A program made the translations under genes and the position numbers. A stretch of DNA of 64,000 nucleotides from Patescibacteria group bacterium (lineage in GTDB: Bacteria; Patescibacteriota; UBA1384; UBA12157; JAENIV01): contig JBEKTP010000005.1 in NCBI GenBank assembly GCA_049515915.1, positions 15,307 to 79,306 of the forward strand. The letters are read 5' to 3'. Below are positions 30,216 through 41,319 of the stretch, one piece after another; the first letter of the stretch is position 1; the number at the start of each line of letters is the position of its first letter. Below the pieces are notes generated by a model, which was not told where the DNA came from, did no database searches, and was given only the letters and a program-made list of their open reading frames with translations.

Positions 30216-30485
30216 TTACTGCTGCGATGCTGCTTTTGCTCCCGGCAAATGACCCTTCTTACGGCCAATGATTAAATAGAGCAATGGCCCAATCCAACCA
30301 ATTATAATGATCAAAATAATCCAAAGAATCTTGTCGTTTGGATTGGGAAATTGACGGCGAATAACGTCAACCAAAGCCCAAATAAAAAGGATCAGTCCCA
30401 AAATGCCGGCGATGAGCCAAAAAATAATCAAACCGGCACCAATTGCCACAGCTGTCCCCGCGGCCGCAGCTGAAGTAGTGTCCAT
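30216..30485 (-). CDS. Small membrane protein with a PLDc_N-like motif (cardiolipin synthase N-terminal-like domain)
   Basis: Two TM helices. KILWIILIIIIGWIGPLLYLIIGRKK matches the W..I.....P..G...Y...G.K pattern of PLDc_N small proteins. It is inserted between rpsG and fusA. Confidence 0.5.
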   Translation of the reverse strand: MDTTSAAAAGTAVAIGAGLIIFWLIAGILGLILFIWALVDVIRRQFPNPNDKILWIILIIIIGWIGPLLYLIIGRKKGHLPGAKAASQQ

Positions 30486-30631
30486 AAACCCTCCTTCAAG
30501 GTCTTTTGGCCCAAAAGGGCCGTAAAACCTCCTTATTTTTTTCTATAATAATATTATTTCACAAGAGTAAATAAGTGTCAAATAAACCAAAAAAACTCCA
30601 AGTGGGAGCTTTTTTGAAATCTATCTTATTT

Positions 30632-31102
30632 TTAAAAACGCGCGTAGTGAGCAAAAGCCTTGTTGGCTTCGGCCATTTTGTGCATGTTTTCTTTTTGTTT
30701 AATGGCTGTGCCGGTATTTGAATAGGTAGCTAAAAGCTCATCGGCTAATATTTTATCAAATGAACGGCCGGTGCCTTTACGAGCGGCCGTCAGAATCCAG
30801 CGCATCGCTAACGTTTCACGGCGAGCGGCCGAAACTTCTTGCGGCACTTGATAAGTTGCTCCGCCGATTCGGCGCGGTTTAACCTCAAGGAGCGGGGCAG
30901 AATTTTTCAAAGCGGTTTCAAATATTTCCAACGGTTCCTTGCCGGTTTTGTCTTTTAAAATATCAAAAGCCGAGTAGACGAGTTTGCGCGCGGTTTCTTT
31001 TTGACCGCGGGTCATCACTTTATTGATGAATTTTTCAACCGTCACTGAACGATATTTTAAATCCGGATTTAATTCTCTCTTTTTGGCAGTTTTCCCGCGC
31101 AT
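30632..31102 (-). CDS. rpsG: 30S ribosomal protein S7
   Basis: S7 family pattern (RRIGGATYQVPQEV). Confidence 0.9.
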   Translation of the reverse strand: MRGKTAKKRELNPDLKYRSVTVEKFINKVMTRGQKETARKLVYSAFDILKDKTGKEPLEIFETALKNSAPLLEVKPRRIGGATYQVPQEVSAARRETLAMRWILTAARKGTGRSFDKILADELLATYSNTGTAIKQKENMHKMAEANKAFAHYARF

Positions 31103-31518
31103 TACTTCCCTTTCTTGGCCCCGTATTTGGAACGGCCTTGTTTGCGATTTTCCACCCCGGCAGTATCAAATTTACCCCGAATAATATGATATCGAACGCC
31201 TGGTAGGTCTTTAACTCGGCCGCCGCGAACAATTACCACTGAGTGTTCCTGTAGATTGTGACCTTCACCAGGAATATAAGCAGTTACTTCTTGCCCGGAA
31301 GTCAAACGGACTCGAGCAATTTTTCTTAACGCCGAATTTGGTTTTTTCGGTGTGACGGTCGTTACTTTAATACATACACCTCGTAAAAACGGACGGCCTT
31401 TTTTAAATTCGACCGGCTTATTTTTTAAAAAATTAAAACCGCGGCGAAGGGCCGGCGTTTTAGTTTTCACCGATTTAGGTGTCCGACCGAATTTTACTAA
31501 TTGTGATATGGTAGGCAT
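31102..31518 (-). CDS. rpsL: 30S ribosomal protein S12
   Basis: [11 protein letters not shown]...[10 protein letters not shown] matches S12. Confidence 0.9.
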   Translation of the reverse strand: MPTISQLVKFGRTPKSVKTKTPALRRGFNFLKNKPVEFKKGRPFLRGVCIKVTTVTPKKPNSALRKIARVRLTSGQEVTAYIPGEGHNLQEHSVVIVRGGRVKDLPGVRYHIIRGKFDTAGVENRKQGRSKYGAKKGK

Positions 31519-31557
31519 AATAAATTAAATCTTAAAATAAAAAGGTATACCTGTTTA

Positions 31558-34500
31558 TTACTTTTTAACTAAAGCAGTCCCCGCTGGAATCAGACGACCA
31601 ATAATAACATTTTCTTTAAGCCCTTGCAAGCGGTCGACGGCGCCACGGGTGGCCGCGTCGATTAAGACGCTGGTGGTTTCCTGAAATGAAGCGGCCGAGA
31701 GAAAACTTTCGGTTTTCAAGGCCACGCGGGTAATGCCCAAAACTTCTTCTTCAAAAACGGCTTCCTTTTTGTTCTTGGACTTAACTTCTGCGTTAACTTT
31801 GAATGCTTCGCCAAAGTCAACGATTTGACCAACAATAAACTCCGTATCACCTTGGTCTTTGATTTTCACTTTAGAAAACATCTCGCGAACAATAATTTCG
31901 ACGTGCTTATCGTTAATCGTTTGGCCCTGAGAAGCATAGATTTCCTGAATACCACGAATGATATATTTTTGAGTAGCCAGCTTACCGCGAAGTTTCAAGG
32001 ATCGGTCAAGTTCAAGATGTCCTTCGGTCAGTTCTTGACCTCGAGTCACTTTGTCGCCGTCTTCAACTTTCAAATTAGCTTTAAGACTAACCGGATAAGT
32101 AATCATCTCTTTTTGAGTCGAAATTACAACAACTTTACCTTTTTCAAGAGTGACCTTACCAATAAATCCGGCGCGGATGGCTTTTCGGTCCGTGGAGACC
32201 GCCAAAGCCTGGCGAGCTTTAACAATATCACCGCTCTTGACCGTCGATTTGTAAGTGCTTCCTAATTCGTGCTCTTCTTTTTGAACTTCAAAAGACTCTA
32301 AAACAATATTGCGCTGATCACGCTCTTCATAAATTTTGACTCTTCCGTCCATATCGGCTAAAATTCCCGGATTACGTGGGCTGCGCGCTTCGAAAAGTTC
32401 TTCAACACGAGGCAAACCTGACGTAATATCCTCACCGGTAATTCCACCTAAGTGAAAAGTTTTCATTGTCAGTTGCGTGCCCGGTTCGCCAATCGCTTGA
32501 GCGGCCATAATACCAGTCACCGTCCCAATTTCAACCAGCTTACCGGTGGCTAAATCTCGGCCATAACAAGCTTGACAAACGCCGCGGTCAGCCAAACAAT
32601 CTAAAACTGATCGAACAATAACGCTCGAAACACTACTTTTATCAATTGCCTCCGCTTTTTCCTCGTCAATTTCTTCACCCTTTTTAATAATTCCCTTGAT
32701 GTCAGTTAAAGAAACACGGCCAACCAAACGGCTGGTAAACTTTTCACCCATTTCTTCAGATTCCGCCCGGATAATTTCTAAACCTCGAGTGGTGCCACAA
32801 TCCTTTGTGGTTATAACAACGTCGTGAGCAACATCAACCAAACGGCGGGTTAAATAACCAGCATCAGAAGTTCGAAGTGACGTATCGGATTTTCCTTTAC
32901 GTGCCCCGTGGGTGGAAATAAAGTATTCAATCACCGAAAGACCTTCTTTGTAGTTAGCCCGAATCGGCAACTCAATAATTTCACCGGCCGGATTAACCAC
33001 TAAGCCTTTCATCCCGCCCATCTGCGTTAGCTGAGCAACCGATCCTCGAGCGCCGGAAACAATCATTAAATAAACTGGATTATTTTTATCGAACTGTTCA
33101 AGCATTTCACCTTCGAGCTTTGAACGAATGCCATTCCAAAGTTCAATCGTTTTAACTGAACGTTCCATGTCGGTAATCAAACCTCTTTGATATTGGTTAT
33201 CGATTTCTTCAAGCGACTTATCACCAATTTTTAAAGCTTCATCTTTAGCTTTAGGAATAATAATATCCGAAGCGGAGATAGTCATACCCGAAAGACCGGC
33301 GAAATCAAAGCCAATTTTTTTGATGCGATCAACCAATTCTGCCGTAGGCTGAGTGCCATATTGGTCGAAAACCCGGGCAATAATTTTTTTCAAGGTTTTA
33401 GAATCCATCGGAATATTGAGATATTCAATTTCGTCCGGCATAATATTGTTAAATAAAATTCGACCAACTGAAGTTTCTACTAGTTCTTCGAGTGACCCTT
33501 CTTTTTTCAAGAGGCGAATCCGCACCTGAATTTTGGCACGGAGATGGACAAAACCTTGTTGATAGGCTAAAATCGCCTCATTTTTTGAACCAAAAACTTT
33601 ACCTTCACCCGCCGCGCCATCTTGAAAAGTGGTTAAATAATAGCTCCCGAAAACAATATCCAAGCGAGGTGAAACAACCGGCTCGCCGGAAGCGGGTTTT
33701 AAAACATTGACTGACGATTTCATAATATTAACTGTTTCATCTTTAGCCTGAGCCGACAAAGGGACGTGGACAGCCATTTGGTCACCGTCAAAGTCAGCGT
33801 TGAAAGCATAACAAACCAATGGGTGGATCTGAATGGCTTTACCTTCAATGAGGACCGGCTGAAATCCTTGAATGCCTAAACGGTGCAAAGTCGGCGCGCG
33901 ATTTAAAAGAACGTAATAATTAGAAGTGATTTTTTCCAGGATATCCCAGACAATCGGTTCGCCTCGCTCAATCAATCGCGTGGCGTTCTTGACATTATGG
34001 ACTTCACCTTCTTGGATCAATCTCGAAATCACGAAGGGTTTAAAAAGCTCCAGAGCCATCACTTTGGGCAGACCGCACTGATGAAGTTTCAAATCCGGTC
34101 CGACAACAATAACGGATCGGCCCGAGTAGTCAACACGTTTTCCTAAAAGATTTTGGCGGAAACGGCCTTGTTTACCACGAAGCATGTCTGAAAGGGAACG
34201 TAATTTTCTGGCGGTGGCCCCGGTTGAAACAGCCCGGCCGCGGCGAGCGGAGTTATCAATCAAAGAATCAACGGCTTCTTGAAGCATCCGTTTTTCGTTG
34301 CGGCAAATAACTTCCGGCGCCCCTTGAGAAATTAATCGCTTTAAACGATTATTCCGGTTTATCACTCGGCGATAAAGATCATTTAAGTCTGAAGCAGCAA
34401 AGCGACCACCATCAAGTTGAACCATCGGTCGAAGGTCCGGTGGCAAAACTGGCAAACGGGTCATCACCAGCCATTCCGGTTTAATGCCGGCGTTATTCAT

Positions 34501-35358
34501 ATCAGTAATAAACTTGAGCTGGCGCATAATCTTGCGGCGATTGGCTCCATCGGCTTTTCTTAATTCTTGATTTAACTCTTCGTGGAGTCTACCAAGATCG
34601 GTTTGCTTTAAAATTTCATAAATGGCTTCAGCCCCAATGCCCACTTTAACAATCTGGCCGTAACGAAGCGAAAGATCCTGATATTTACTTTCTGAAAGAA
34701 TCATTTTCGGTGCCAGTGAAAGAATTTCTTGCTTAGTCGCACGATAGAGCAACTCGACTTTGGCCATTTCCATATTATTTTCAGAATATTTAGCTTTCAA
34801 ATCCGAATATTCTTTTTCAAGTTGTTCCAACGCCGTTTTGCGGACCCCCTCGTCAACTTCCAAAACAATGAAGCCGGCAAAATAAATAACCTGTTCAAGT
34901 TCGGTCGTTGATAAATTCAAAATCAGTCCTAGAATTGAAGGAATACCATGAACATACCAAATGTGAGTGACCGGCACGGCTAAATCAATATGCCCCATTC
35001 TTTCACGACGAACTGACGAGCGAGTCACTTCCACGCCACACTTATCACAAATAACACCTTTATAACGGATTTTTTTGTATTTACCGCAATAACACTCATA
35101 ATCTTTGGTCGGGCCAAAAATTCGTTCATCAAAAAGACCCTCGCGCTCCGGTTTCTGCGTTCGATAGTTAATAGTTTCCGGCTTGGTTACTTCGCCGTAA
35201 GACCAATCCAAAATCTCCTCAGGTGCGGCCACCGAAATACGCAGAGCGTCAAAATCAATGATTCTGGGAGTTTCTTTGGCAATTTTCGGAGTGACTTTTT
35301 TGAATTGATTTAATTTGGGCATTATTTTCCTCTTATATATGAATTTTTCAATTTTCAA
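31558..35358 (-). CDS. rpoC: DNA-directed RNA polymerase beta' subunit
   Basis: Zn-finger CGKYKKIRYKGVICDKCGVEV and the NADFDGDQM catalytic motif. Confidence 0.95.
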   Translation of the reverse strand: MKIEKFIYKRKIMPKLNQFKKVTPKIAKETPRIIDFDALRISVAAPEEILDWSYGEVTKPETINYRTQKPEREGLFDERIFGPTKDYECYCGKYKKIRYKGVICDKCGVEVTRSSVRRERMGHIDLAVPVTHIWYVHGIPSILGLILNLSTTELEQVIYFAGFIVLEVDEGVRKTALEQLEKEYSDLKAKYSENNMEMAKVELLYRATKQEILSLAPKMILSESKYQDLSLRYGQIVKVGIGAEAIYEILKQTDLGRLHEELNQELRKADGANRRKIMRQLKFITDMNNAGIKPEWLVMTRLPVLPPDLRPMVQLDGGRFAASDLNDLYRRVINRNNRLKRLISQGAPEVICRNEKRMLQEAVDSLIDNSARRGRAVSTGATARKLRSLSDMLRGKQGRFRQNLLGKRVDYSGRSVIVVGPDLKLHQCGLPKVMALELFKPFVISRLIQEGEVHNVKNATRLIERGEPIVWDILEKITSNYYVLLNRAPTLHRLGIQGFQPVLIEGKAIQIHPLVCYAFNADFDGDQMAVHVPLSAQAKDETVNIMKSSVNVLKPASGEPVVSPRLDIVFGSYYLTTFQDGAAGEGKVFGSKNEAILAYQQGFVHLRAKIQVRIRLLKKEGSLEELVETSVGRILFNNIMPDEIEYLNIPMDSKTLKKIIARVFDQYGTQPTAELVDRIKKIGFDFAGLSGMTISASDIIIPKAKDEALKIGDKSLEEIDNQYQRGLITDMERSVKTIELWNGIRSKLEGEMLEQFDKNNPVYLMIVSGARGSVAQLTQMGGMKGLVVNPAGEIIELPIRANYKEGLSVIEYFISTHGARKGKSDTSLRTSDAGYLTRRLVDVAHDVVITTKDCGTTRGLEIIRAESEEMGEKFTSRLVGRVSLTDIKGIIKKGEEIDEEKAEAIDKSSVSSVIVRSVLDCLADRGVCQACYGRDLATGKLVEIGTVTGIMAAQAIGEPGTQLTMKTFHLGGITGEDITSGLPRVEELFEARSPRNPGILADMDGRVKIYEERDQRNIVLESFEVQKEEHELGSTYKSTVKSGDIVKARQALAVSTDRKAIRAGFIGKVTLEKGKVVVISTQKEMITYPVSLKANLKVEDGDKVTRGQELTEGHLELDRSLKLRGKLATQKYIIRGIQEIYASQGQTINDKHVEIIVREMFSKVKIKDQGDTEFIVGQIVDFGEAFKVNAEVKSKNKKEAVFEEEVLGITRVALKTESFLSAASFQETTSVLIDAATRGAVDRLQGLKENVIIGRLIPAGTALVKK

Positions 35359-35380
35359 GTGAGATTTAAAAACTTAATGT

Positions 35381-38300
35381 TTACTCTTCATCCTTGTCCA
35401 CCGACTCCGAAACCATTTCCGGCTCAGGTACATTTAACTCGGTCACTTCGGCGTCAGTCTCTGAGTCAGAAGCCGTTTCATCAAGAGCATCAGCAGGCTT
35501 TTCCTCATCGACCGCTTTCATGGAAATTTTAGGTCTCTCGCGCGAAAGTTCTGATGAGGTCAGCATCTCAATATTTAAACCGAGTGATTGCAATTCTTTG
35601 ACTAAAACGTAAAATGAAGCAGGGATTTGAGGTTTCTGAATTTGTTCTCCTTTAATAATTGCCTCATAAGCTTTCGAGCGGCCGATGACGTCATCTGACT
35701 TAATCGTCAGCATTTCCTGCAAAGAATGCGCCGCGCCGTAAGCTTCCAGTGCCCAAACTTCCATTTCGCCAAATCGCTGACCGCCGAATTGAGCCTTTCC
35801 GCCGAGCGGCTGCTGCGTTACCATTGAATAAGGACCGGTCGAACGAGCGTGCATTTTATCATCCACTAAGTGACAAAGTTTCATCATATAAATAACCCCG
35901 ACAGTGGTTTTTTGATCAAACGGATCGCCGGTGCGGCCGTCGTAAAGTTGGACTTTGCCGTCTTCCGGCAAACCGGCTTTCTTTAATTCTTGTTGAATTT
36001 GCGTAAAGGCAACGCCCTCAAAAACCGGGGTCGCAACGTGATAGCCAAGCTTAGAGGCGGCCCAGCCAAGATGGGTTTCTAAAATCTGGCCCAAGTTCAT
36101 ACGCGAAACAACGCCGAGCGGATTTAAAACGATGTCAACCGGCGTGCCGTCGGAAAGAAACGGCATTTCCGCTTCGGGTAAAACAGTTGAAATAACACCT
36201 TTATTGCCATGTCGCCCGGCGAGCTTATCACCAACTTGAACTTTTCTTAGTTGAGCCACCGAAATTTCCACCATTTGATAAACTCCGGCCGGTAGTTCAT
36301 CACCAGCATCTTTGGAAAAAATCTTAATGCCCACCACCCGGCCATATTCACCATGAGGCAAACGCAAAGAAGTGTCTTTAACATCTTTGGCTTTTTCGCC
36401 AAAGATAGCTCGAAGAAGTTTTTCTTCGGCCGAAAGTTCGGTCTCACCTTTAGGCGAAATTTTACCGACTAAAATATCACCGGCATTCGTTTCGGCCCCA
36501 ATTCTAACAATGCCTTGCTCATCCAAATTAGCCAAAGCTTCTTCGCCAACATTCGGAATATCACGCGTGAGAAGTTCGGGACCGAGTTTGGTGTCACGAA
36601 CTTCGATCGCATATTTTTCAATGTGAATCGAACTATAGATATCGTCGCGAACTAACCGCTCAGAGATGATAATAGCGTCTTCATAGTTCGCACCTTTAAA
36701 TGACATAAACGCCACTAAAACGTTCTTACCCAAAGCAATTTCACCATTGTCAGTGGCAGAGGAGTCCGCTAAAATATCACCTCTTTTAACTTTATTACCA
36801 GCAAAAACCACCGGCGTTTGGTTAAGACAGGTGCCTTGATTTGAACGTTGGAATTTTTTCAGGGCGAATCGGTTTTTTTTACCATCTTTAGTGGTCATTA
36901 AAATTTCCGAGGCGGTGGCTTCGTTAATAGTGCCATCAGTTTCGGCAAAAAGACACTGACCCGAATCGCGGGCCGCGTCACGTTCCATATTGGTGCCTAC
37001 AATGGGCGCTTCGGGTCTAAGAAGTGGTACGGCTTGACGTTCCATATTCGAACCCATCGAAGCACGCGTCGCATCATCATGTTCAACAAATGGAATCAAC
37101 GCTGTCGAAATAGAAACCGTTTGTTTTGGCGAGACATCCATATATTGAATTTTTAGAACGCGTTCAATCGTCGGTTCGCCAAACTTTCGGACAACCGTTC
37201 GTGATTCCGTAAAGTATCCTTTTTCATCGGTTTGAGCCGAGGCCGGCGCAATAATTGCTTTTTCCTCGGCGTCCGCGTCAAGATAAACAATTCTATCTGT
37301 CACACGCGGTTTTTTACCTTTGACTTGCGTAACAATTAAATAGGGTGTTTCGATAAAGCCGAACTCGTTGATTTTGGCGTAGCTAGCCATATAACCAACT
37401 AAACCAATGTTCGGACCTTCCGGCGTTTCGATCGGGCAAACCCGTCCGTAGTGAGATGAGTGAACGTCACGAACTTCAAAACCTGCACGCTCACGCGATA
37501 GTCCGCCCGGGCCAGTCGCCGAAAGACATCTTTTGTGTTCTAGCTCTGAAAGCGGATTGGTCTGGTTCATAAACTGAGATAGTTGCGACGAGGCAAAAAA
37601 TTCCTGTAAAACAGCCGCGATCGGACGAGCATTAATAAGCTGATTGGCCGTAACAGTATCGGGATCCAAAACGGACATACGATCTTTGATAATACGTTCC
37701 ATTCGAAGTAGACCGACGCGAACTTTGCTTTGAACTAATTCGCCCACCGCACGAACACGACGATTTTTAAGATGATCAATATCATCGGCTTCGGCCATGG
37801 GATTATTATTTAAACGGATGATTTCTTTAATTGTTTCAACAACATCTTCAATGCGCAAAACACGATTTTTAAGGTCGTTTGAAACTTCTATCCCTAGACG
37901 GCGGTTGATTTTATAGCGACCGACTTTGCCTAAATCGTATCTTTTTGGATTAAAAAACATCGCTTCCAAGAAAGTCTTAGCTGTATCAGCGGTCGCCAAA
38001 TCACCAGGGCGAATACGTTTATAAACCTCCACCAACGAATCTTCATAGGTTTTAGTGCTGTCGCGAGCTAAAGTAGCTTTAATATAATTATGGTCTTTAT
38101 CATCGTTGGTATCGGAAAAAACTTTTTCAAATTCGTCGGTTGTAAGCCCTAAGGCACGCAGGAAAGTCGAAACCAAAATTTTTCGCTTGCGGTCGACTTT
38201 AACAGAAATGACATCACGGGGAGATGTCTCAAATTCGAGCCACGCGCCACGGGACGGAATAATTTTGGCTCCAAATAACTTACGCCCGCCAATTTCTTCT

Positions 38301-38716
38301 TTAACAAATAAAACACCAAATGAACGGACGATTTGAGAAACAACAACCCTTTCAATACCATTAATAATAAAAGTGCCACGGTCGGTCATTAAAGGAAAAT
38401 CGCCCAGAAAAACTTCAGACTCTTTAGATTTTCCAGTTAATAAATTAGTCAATCTAACTTGACACTTCAAAGGCGCTTGAAAAGTGAGATTTTTATCGCG
38501 GGTGGTATCTTCATCGTAACGAGGCTGGTCAAGCGATACGCCGATAAATTCGAGTTTGAGAACTTTGCCGGTGAAGTCATCAACGGGATTAATTTCGTCT
38601 AAGAGCTCCTGAAATCCTTCACGGAAGAACCAATCATAGGATTTAGTCTGGACCTCAATTAAATCAGGTAAAGGAATGGAAATTGTTTTTTTTGGGTTAA
38701 ATTGTGTTCTTGGCAC
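35381..38716 (-). CDS. rpoB: DNA-directed RNA polymerase beta subunit (start at GTG preceded by AGGAG)
   Basis: Beta-subunit motifs throughout (e.g. [15 protein letters not shown]). An acidic C-terminal tail is present. AGGAG lies 7 nt upstream of the GTG chosen as start. Confidence 0.95.
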   Translation of the reverse strand: MPRTQFNPKKTISIPLPDLIEVQTKSYDWFFREGFQELLDEINPVDDFTGKVLKLEFIGVSLDQPRYDEDTTRDKNLTFQAPLKCQVRLTNLLTGKSKESEVFLGDFPLMTDRGTFIINGIERVVVSQIVRSFGVLFVKEEIGGRKLFGAKIIPSRGAWLEFETSPRDVISVKVDRKRKILVSTFLRALGLTTDEFEKVFSDTNDDKDHNYIKATLARDSTKTYEDSLVEVYKRIRPGDLATADTAKTFLEAMFFNPKRYDLGKVGRYKINRRLGIEVSNDLKNRVLRIEDVVETIKEIIRLNNNPMAEADDIDHLKNRRVRAVGELVQSKVRVGLLRMERIIKDRMSVLDPDTVTANQLINARPIAAVLQEFFASSQLSQFMNQTNPLSELEHKRCLSATGPGGLSRERAGFEVRDVHSSHYGRVCPIETPEGPNIGLVGYMASYAKINEFGFIETPYLIVTQVKGKKPRVTDRIVYLDADAEEKAIIAPASAQTDEKGYFTESRTVVRKFGEPTIERVLKIQYMDVSPKQTVSISTALIPFVEHDDATRASMGSNMERQAVPLLRPEAPIVGTNMERDAARDSGQCLFAETDGTINEATASEILMTTKDGKKNRFALKKFQRSNQGTCLNQTPVVFAGNKVKRGDILADSSATDNGEIALGKNVLVAFMSFKGANYEDAIIISERLVRDDIYSSIHIEKYAIEVRDTKLGPELLTRDIPNVGEEALANLDEQGIVRIGAETNAGDILVGKISPKGETELSAEEKLLRAIFGEKAKDVKDTSLRLPHGEYGRVVGIKIFSKDAGDELPAGVYQMVEISVAQLRKVQVGDKLAGRHGNKGVISTVLPEAEMPFLSDGTPVDIVLNPLGVVSRMNLGQILETHLGWAASKLGYHVATPVFEGVAFTQIQQELKKAGLPEDGKVQLYDGRTGDPFDQKTTVGVIYMMKLCHLVDDKMHARSTGPYSMVTQQPLGGKAQFGGQRFGEMEVWALEAYGAAHSLQEMLTIKSDDVIGRSKAYEAIIKGEQIQKPQIPASFYVLVKELQSLGLNIEMLTSSELSRERPKISMKAVDEEKPADALDETASDSETDAEVTELNVPEPEMVSESVDKDEE

Positions 38717-38896
38717 GCAAAAACTCCTAAAAAACAGCACAGCAAGCTCTGCTGCTTGAGCGCAGATGGATTTTATTAATTAATCCCGTCCACCCTTATT
38801 CTTCCTTTTTTCACTCCCACTGGAGGAAAAAGTTAATTTCTATAATTAGTATAACGAACGATCATTTTTTTGTCAAGCCCTAGCGGCGACTTCGCA

Positions 38897-38929
38897 TAAA
38901 ACAACAAGGCGGGAGATAGCTCTCCCGCC
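38897..38929 (-). terminator. Rho-independent terminator (GGCGGGAGA-GCUA-UCUCCCGCC, then UUGUUGUUUUA)
   Basis: A 9-bp perfect GC stem at 38908-38929 with a minus-strand T-rich tract, 35 nt downstream of the 38967 stop. Confidence 0.5.
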
Positions 38930-38966
38930 CGTGATACCTCGACACCCGGCTTTCTGATCGATCTGA

Positions 38967-39356
38967 CTAATCCCAGGGGACCCCCATCACCCGAACCGCT
39001 GGTGCAAAAACAAGTATTATCACTGCGACGATAGCCCATGGTACAATACTTGTTCCGCTGTGTACCAGCCATCCGGCACCGAGAATGGCAATGCTGGAGA
39101 CGCAACCGCCAACTAAGGCGATGAGTGGCTTCGGCCGGTCCATGTTCTTTAGCCAGTCATTCCAGAAGCACGTGAGGATGCAAAAGCAGTACATGGCGAC
39201 GATGGACACGATAGCGAAAATCACAAGCGCGATCAGTACTCGCCAGACTGTCGCAACAGGCATCCATACGCTGATCTGCCATGCGACAAACAAAGGAAAA
39301 AGCAAGTTCACCGCGAGCATCTCCGGCAAAGTCTGGTCTTCCAAATACTGATCCAT
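38967..39356 (-). CDS. Hypothetical 4-TM membrane protein in a GC-richer islet (start at ATG with AGGAGG 8 nt upstream)
   Basis: Four hydrophobic helices, a strong SD and its own terminator. It is GC-richer than rpoB and obg on either side. No family was recognised. Confidence 0.45.
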   Translation of the reverse strand: MDQYLEDQTLPEMLAVNLLFPLFVAWQISVWMPVATVWRVLIALVIFAIVSIVAMYCFCILTCFWNDWLKNMDRPKPLIALVGGCVSSIAILGAGWLVHSGTSIVPWAIVAVIILVFAPAVRVMGVPWD

Positions 39357-39432
39357 CTCGTGCACCTCCTAGTGCATGTGATCTGAAAACATTTTAGATC
39401 GTCGGAGATGAAAAGTCAAGAAAATTCTCAAC

Positions 39433-40422
39433 TTATTTGGCGAGTTCTTTGAGAAGTTCTTTGATGCCTGCCCCGGAGACGGCCGAGATAATCTGCACCG
39501 GCTTAGCAAGTTTTTTCGATAATTTACGCGCGATTTTTTGAGCGTCTTTTTGCGGTATCGTATCAGCTTTATTTAATACGATAATTTCTTTTTTCACCGA
39601 TAGATTTTCGCTCCAAGCTTTGAGTTCTTCGCGAATGACACGGTAATCTTTTTCGATATTGATGCTATTTATATCGATAAGATGAATCAGAATCTTCGTT
39701 CGTTCAATGTGTTTTAAAAACTTCACGCCCAAACCTTTGCCTTGGGAAGCCCCTTCGATCAGGCCGGGGATATCAGCCACCACAAACTCTTTGTCATGAT
39801 AGCGCGCCACGCCCAAGTTCGGTTCCAAAGTGGTGAAAGGATAGTCAGCGATTTTGGGCCGCGCGTTTGAAATAACCGAAAGTAAAGTTGATTTTCCAGC
39901 GTTGGGCAAACCGATCAAGCCGACATCGGCAATAAGTTTAAGTTCCAAATACATTTCCTTTTCTTCGCCAGCAAGACCGCGCTTAGCAATGTAAGGCGTT
40001 TGATGAACGGCGGTGGCAAAATGCGTATTACCCCAACCCCCGCGGCCTCCCTTGGCGACCAATAATCTATCCCCCTCCTTTATGAAATCGTAAATAATTC
40101 CATCATTTTGAGATTTAAGATTTAAATTTTGAATTTTTACTATTGTTCCCGGTGGCACTGGTAATTCTAAATCCTCGGCGTTTTTGCCGGTTTGTTTTTT
40201 GGGACGGCCAGTTTCGCCATTTTCCGCCTGCCACTGCTTTTTCCGAGCATAATCAGTCAGAGTGTGCGTATTTCCTGAACAAATTAAATAAATATCGCCG
40301 CCTTTACCACCATCGCCGCCGTCCGGTCCGCCTTTGGGCACATATTTTTCATGTCGAAAAGAGATGGCGCCATCACCACCTTTACCCGCCACAATATGAA
40401 TTTTCGCTTCATCGGTAATCAT
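39433..40422 (-). CDS. obgE: GTPase Obg
   Basis: Gly-rich Obg fold N-terminus (GKGGDGAISFRHEKYVPKGGPDGGDGGKGGDIY) and a GTPase domain (GLPNAGKST, NKAD). Confidence 0.9.
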   Translation of the reverse strand: MITDEAKIHIVAGKGGDGAISFRHEKYVPKGGPDGGDGGKGGDIYLICSGNTHTLTDYARKKQWQAENGETGRPKKQTGKNAEDLELPVPPGTIVKIQNLNLKSQNDGIIYDFIKEGDRLLVAKGGRGGWGNTHFATAVHQTPYIAKRGLAGEEKEMYLELKLIADVGLIGLPNAGKSTLLSVISNARPKIADYPFTTLEPNLGVARYHDKEFVVADIPGLIEGASQGKGLGVKFLKHIERTKILIHLIDINSINIEKDYRVIREELKAWSENLSVKKEIIVLNKADTIPQKDAQKIARKLSKKLAKPVQIISAVSGAGIKELLKELAK

Positions 40423-40500
40423 CGGCCCATTCTATCATAAAATTTTTTTTAATTCAATATACCCTTCCTGTATTTTAATTTTAAATTTTAGCTTTAAGTT

Positions 40501-41319
40501 TTAATAAATATATCCCATCACGTCGCCTTCGTGGGCGGAGATCACTCGACGGTCAACGATCCCCCAGCCGGCATAATTCATTTCGGAGATGGTGACCGAA
40601 TTGCCGCTGACGGATTCAACATAGGCAACATGACCCATCCACGATTCATTGAGAACAACAATAGCACCCGCGGCCGGTTCGCTACCAGTCGGATAACCGG
40701 CGCCGCGCGCCGAGGAAAGCCAATTTCGAGCATTACCCCAGCCGCTCGGCACGTAACGACGAGTGGCCACATAATAAGTGCACCAACCGTATGGATAAGC
40801 ATTATTTTTTGATCCAGCTGGACGTTTAACCGCACTGACCCCAGCTACCAGCCTGGTTTGCAATTTTGCCAGTGTTTGAGGATCAAGATCTTGCGGCGGA
40901 AGCTTGAGCTGTTGACCCGGCCGAATATTATCGGATGAAAGACTATTAAGCGCTTTAATAGAAGCAATCTTTAAGCCGTAGCTCCAGCCGATGCTCGAAA
41001 GAGTATCGCCGTTTTGAACGGTATAGGTAATTGTAGAAGTCCTTGTGACGTTATTAATCGTTGGAGACACGGCTGGGGCGGCGGGAGCCGTAATTTGAGT
41101 TTCCGTTGTCAACGGTTTATCAAGATAATCAGTGCTACCAACAGCTAAAGCTATAGTGACCGGATCCACCTCCACCATCGGAGTATAATTAGAAATGCCA
41201 GAAGCCACACTAGCTACATCGGCCGGGGAAACGTCCATTACGTCAGCCGCCGGTGAATAACCAGCATAATTGGCCATTGTTTTACTGTAATCGGCAAAAA
41301 AACTAAAAGCTGCCAACAA
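40501..41319 (-). CDS. LysM + CHAP domain peptidoglycan hydrolase (ORF stays open upstream to 41511 and may start at ATT 41509-41511)
   Basis: LysM motif YTVQNGDTLSSIGWSYGL...QQLKLP. CHAP Cys-His pair: AYPYGWCTYYVA...GHVAYVESV. The upstream in-frame extension encodes a charged segment plus a TM (YSAIILLAAFSFFA), preceded by AAGGAGG. Confidence 0.65.
   Translation of the reverse strand: MLAAFSFFADYSKTMANYAGYSPAADVMDVSPADVASVASGISNYTPMVEVDPVTIALAVGSTDYLDKPLTTETQITAPAAPAVSPTINNVTRTSTITYTVQNGDTLSSIGWSYGLKIASIKALNSLSSDNIRPGQQLKLPPQDLDPQTLAKLQTRLVAGVSAVKRPAGSKNNAYPYGWCTYYVATRRYVPSGWGNARNWLSSARGAGYPTGSEPAAGAIVVLNESWMGHVAYVESVSGNSVTISEMNYAGWGIVDRRVISAHEGDVMGYIY

Noticed and set aside
31825-38379. 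Antisense and out-of-frame ORFs inside rpoC and rpoB (e.g. 31825-32265 +, 36372-36626 +, 38149-38379 -)
   Set aside because: They are fully embedded in long, confidently identified genes. They have no RBS or family resemblance and are the expected by-product of six-frame translation.
38833-39105. 90-aa minus-strand ORF overlapping the terminator hairpin and the 3' end of the 4-TM gene
   Set aside because: It overlaps a better-supported gene and its terminator. It has no RBS and a Cys/Arg-rich nonsense-like translation.
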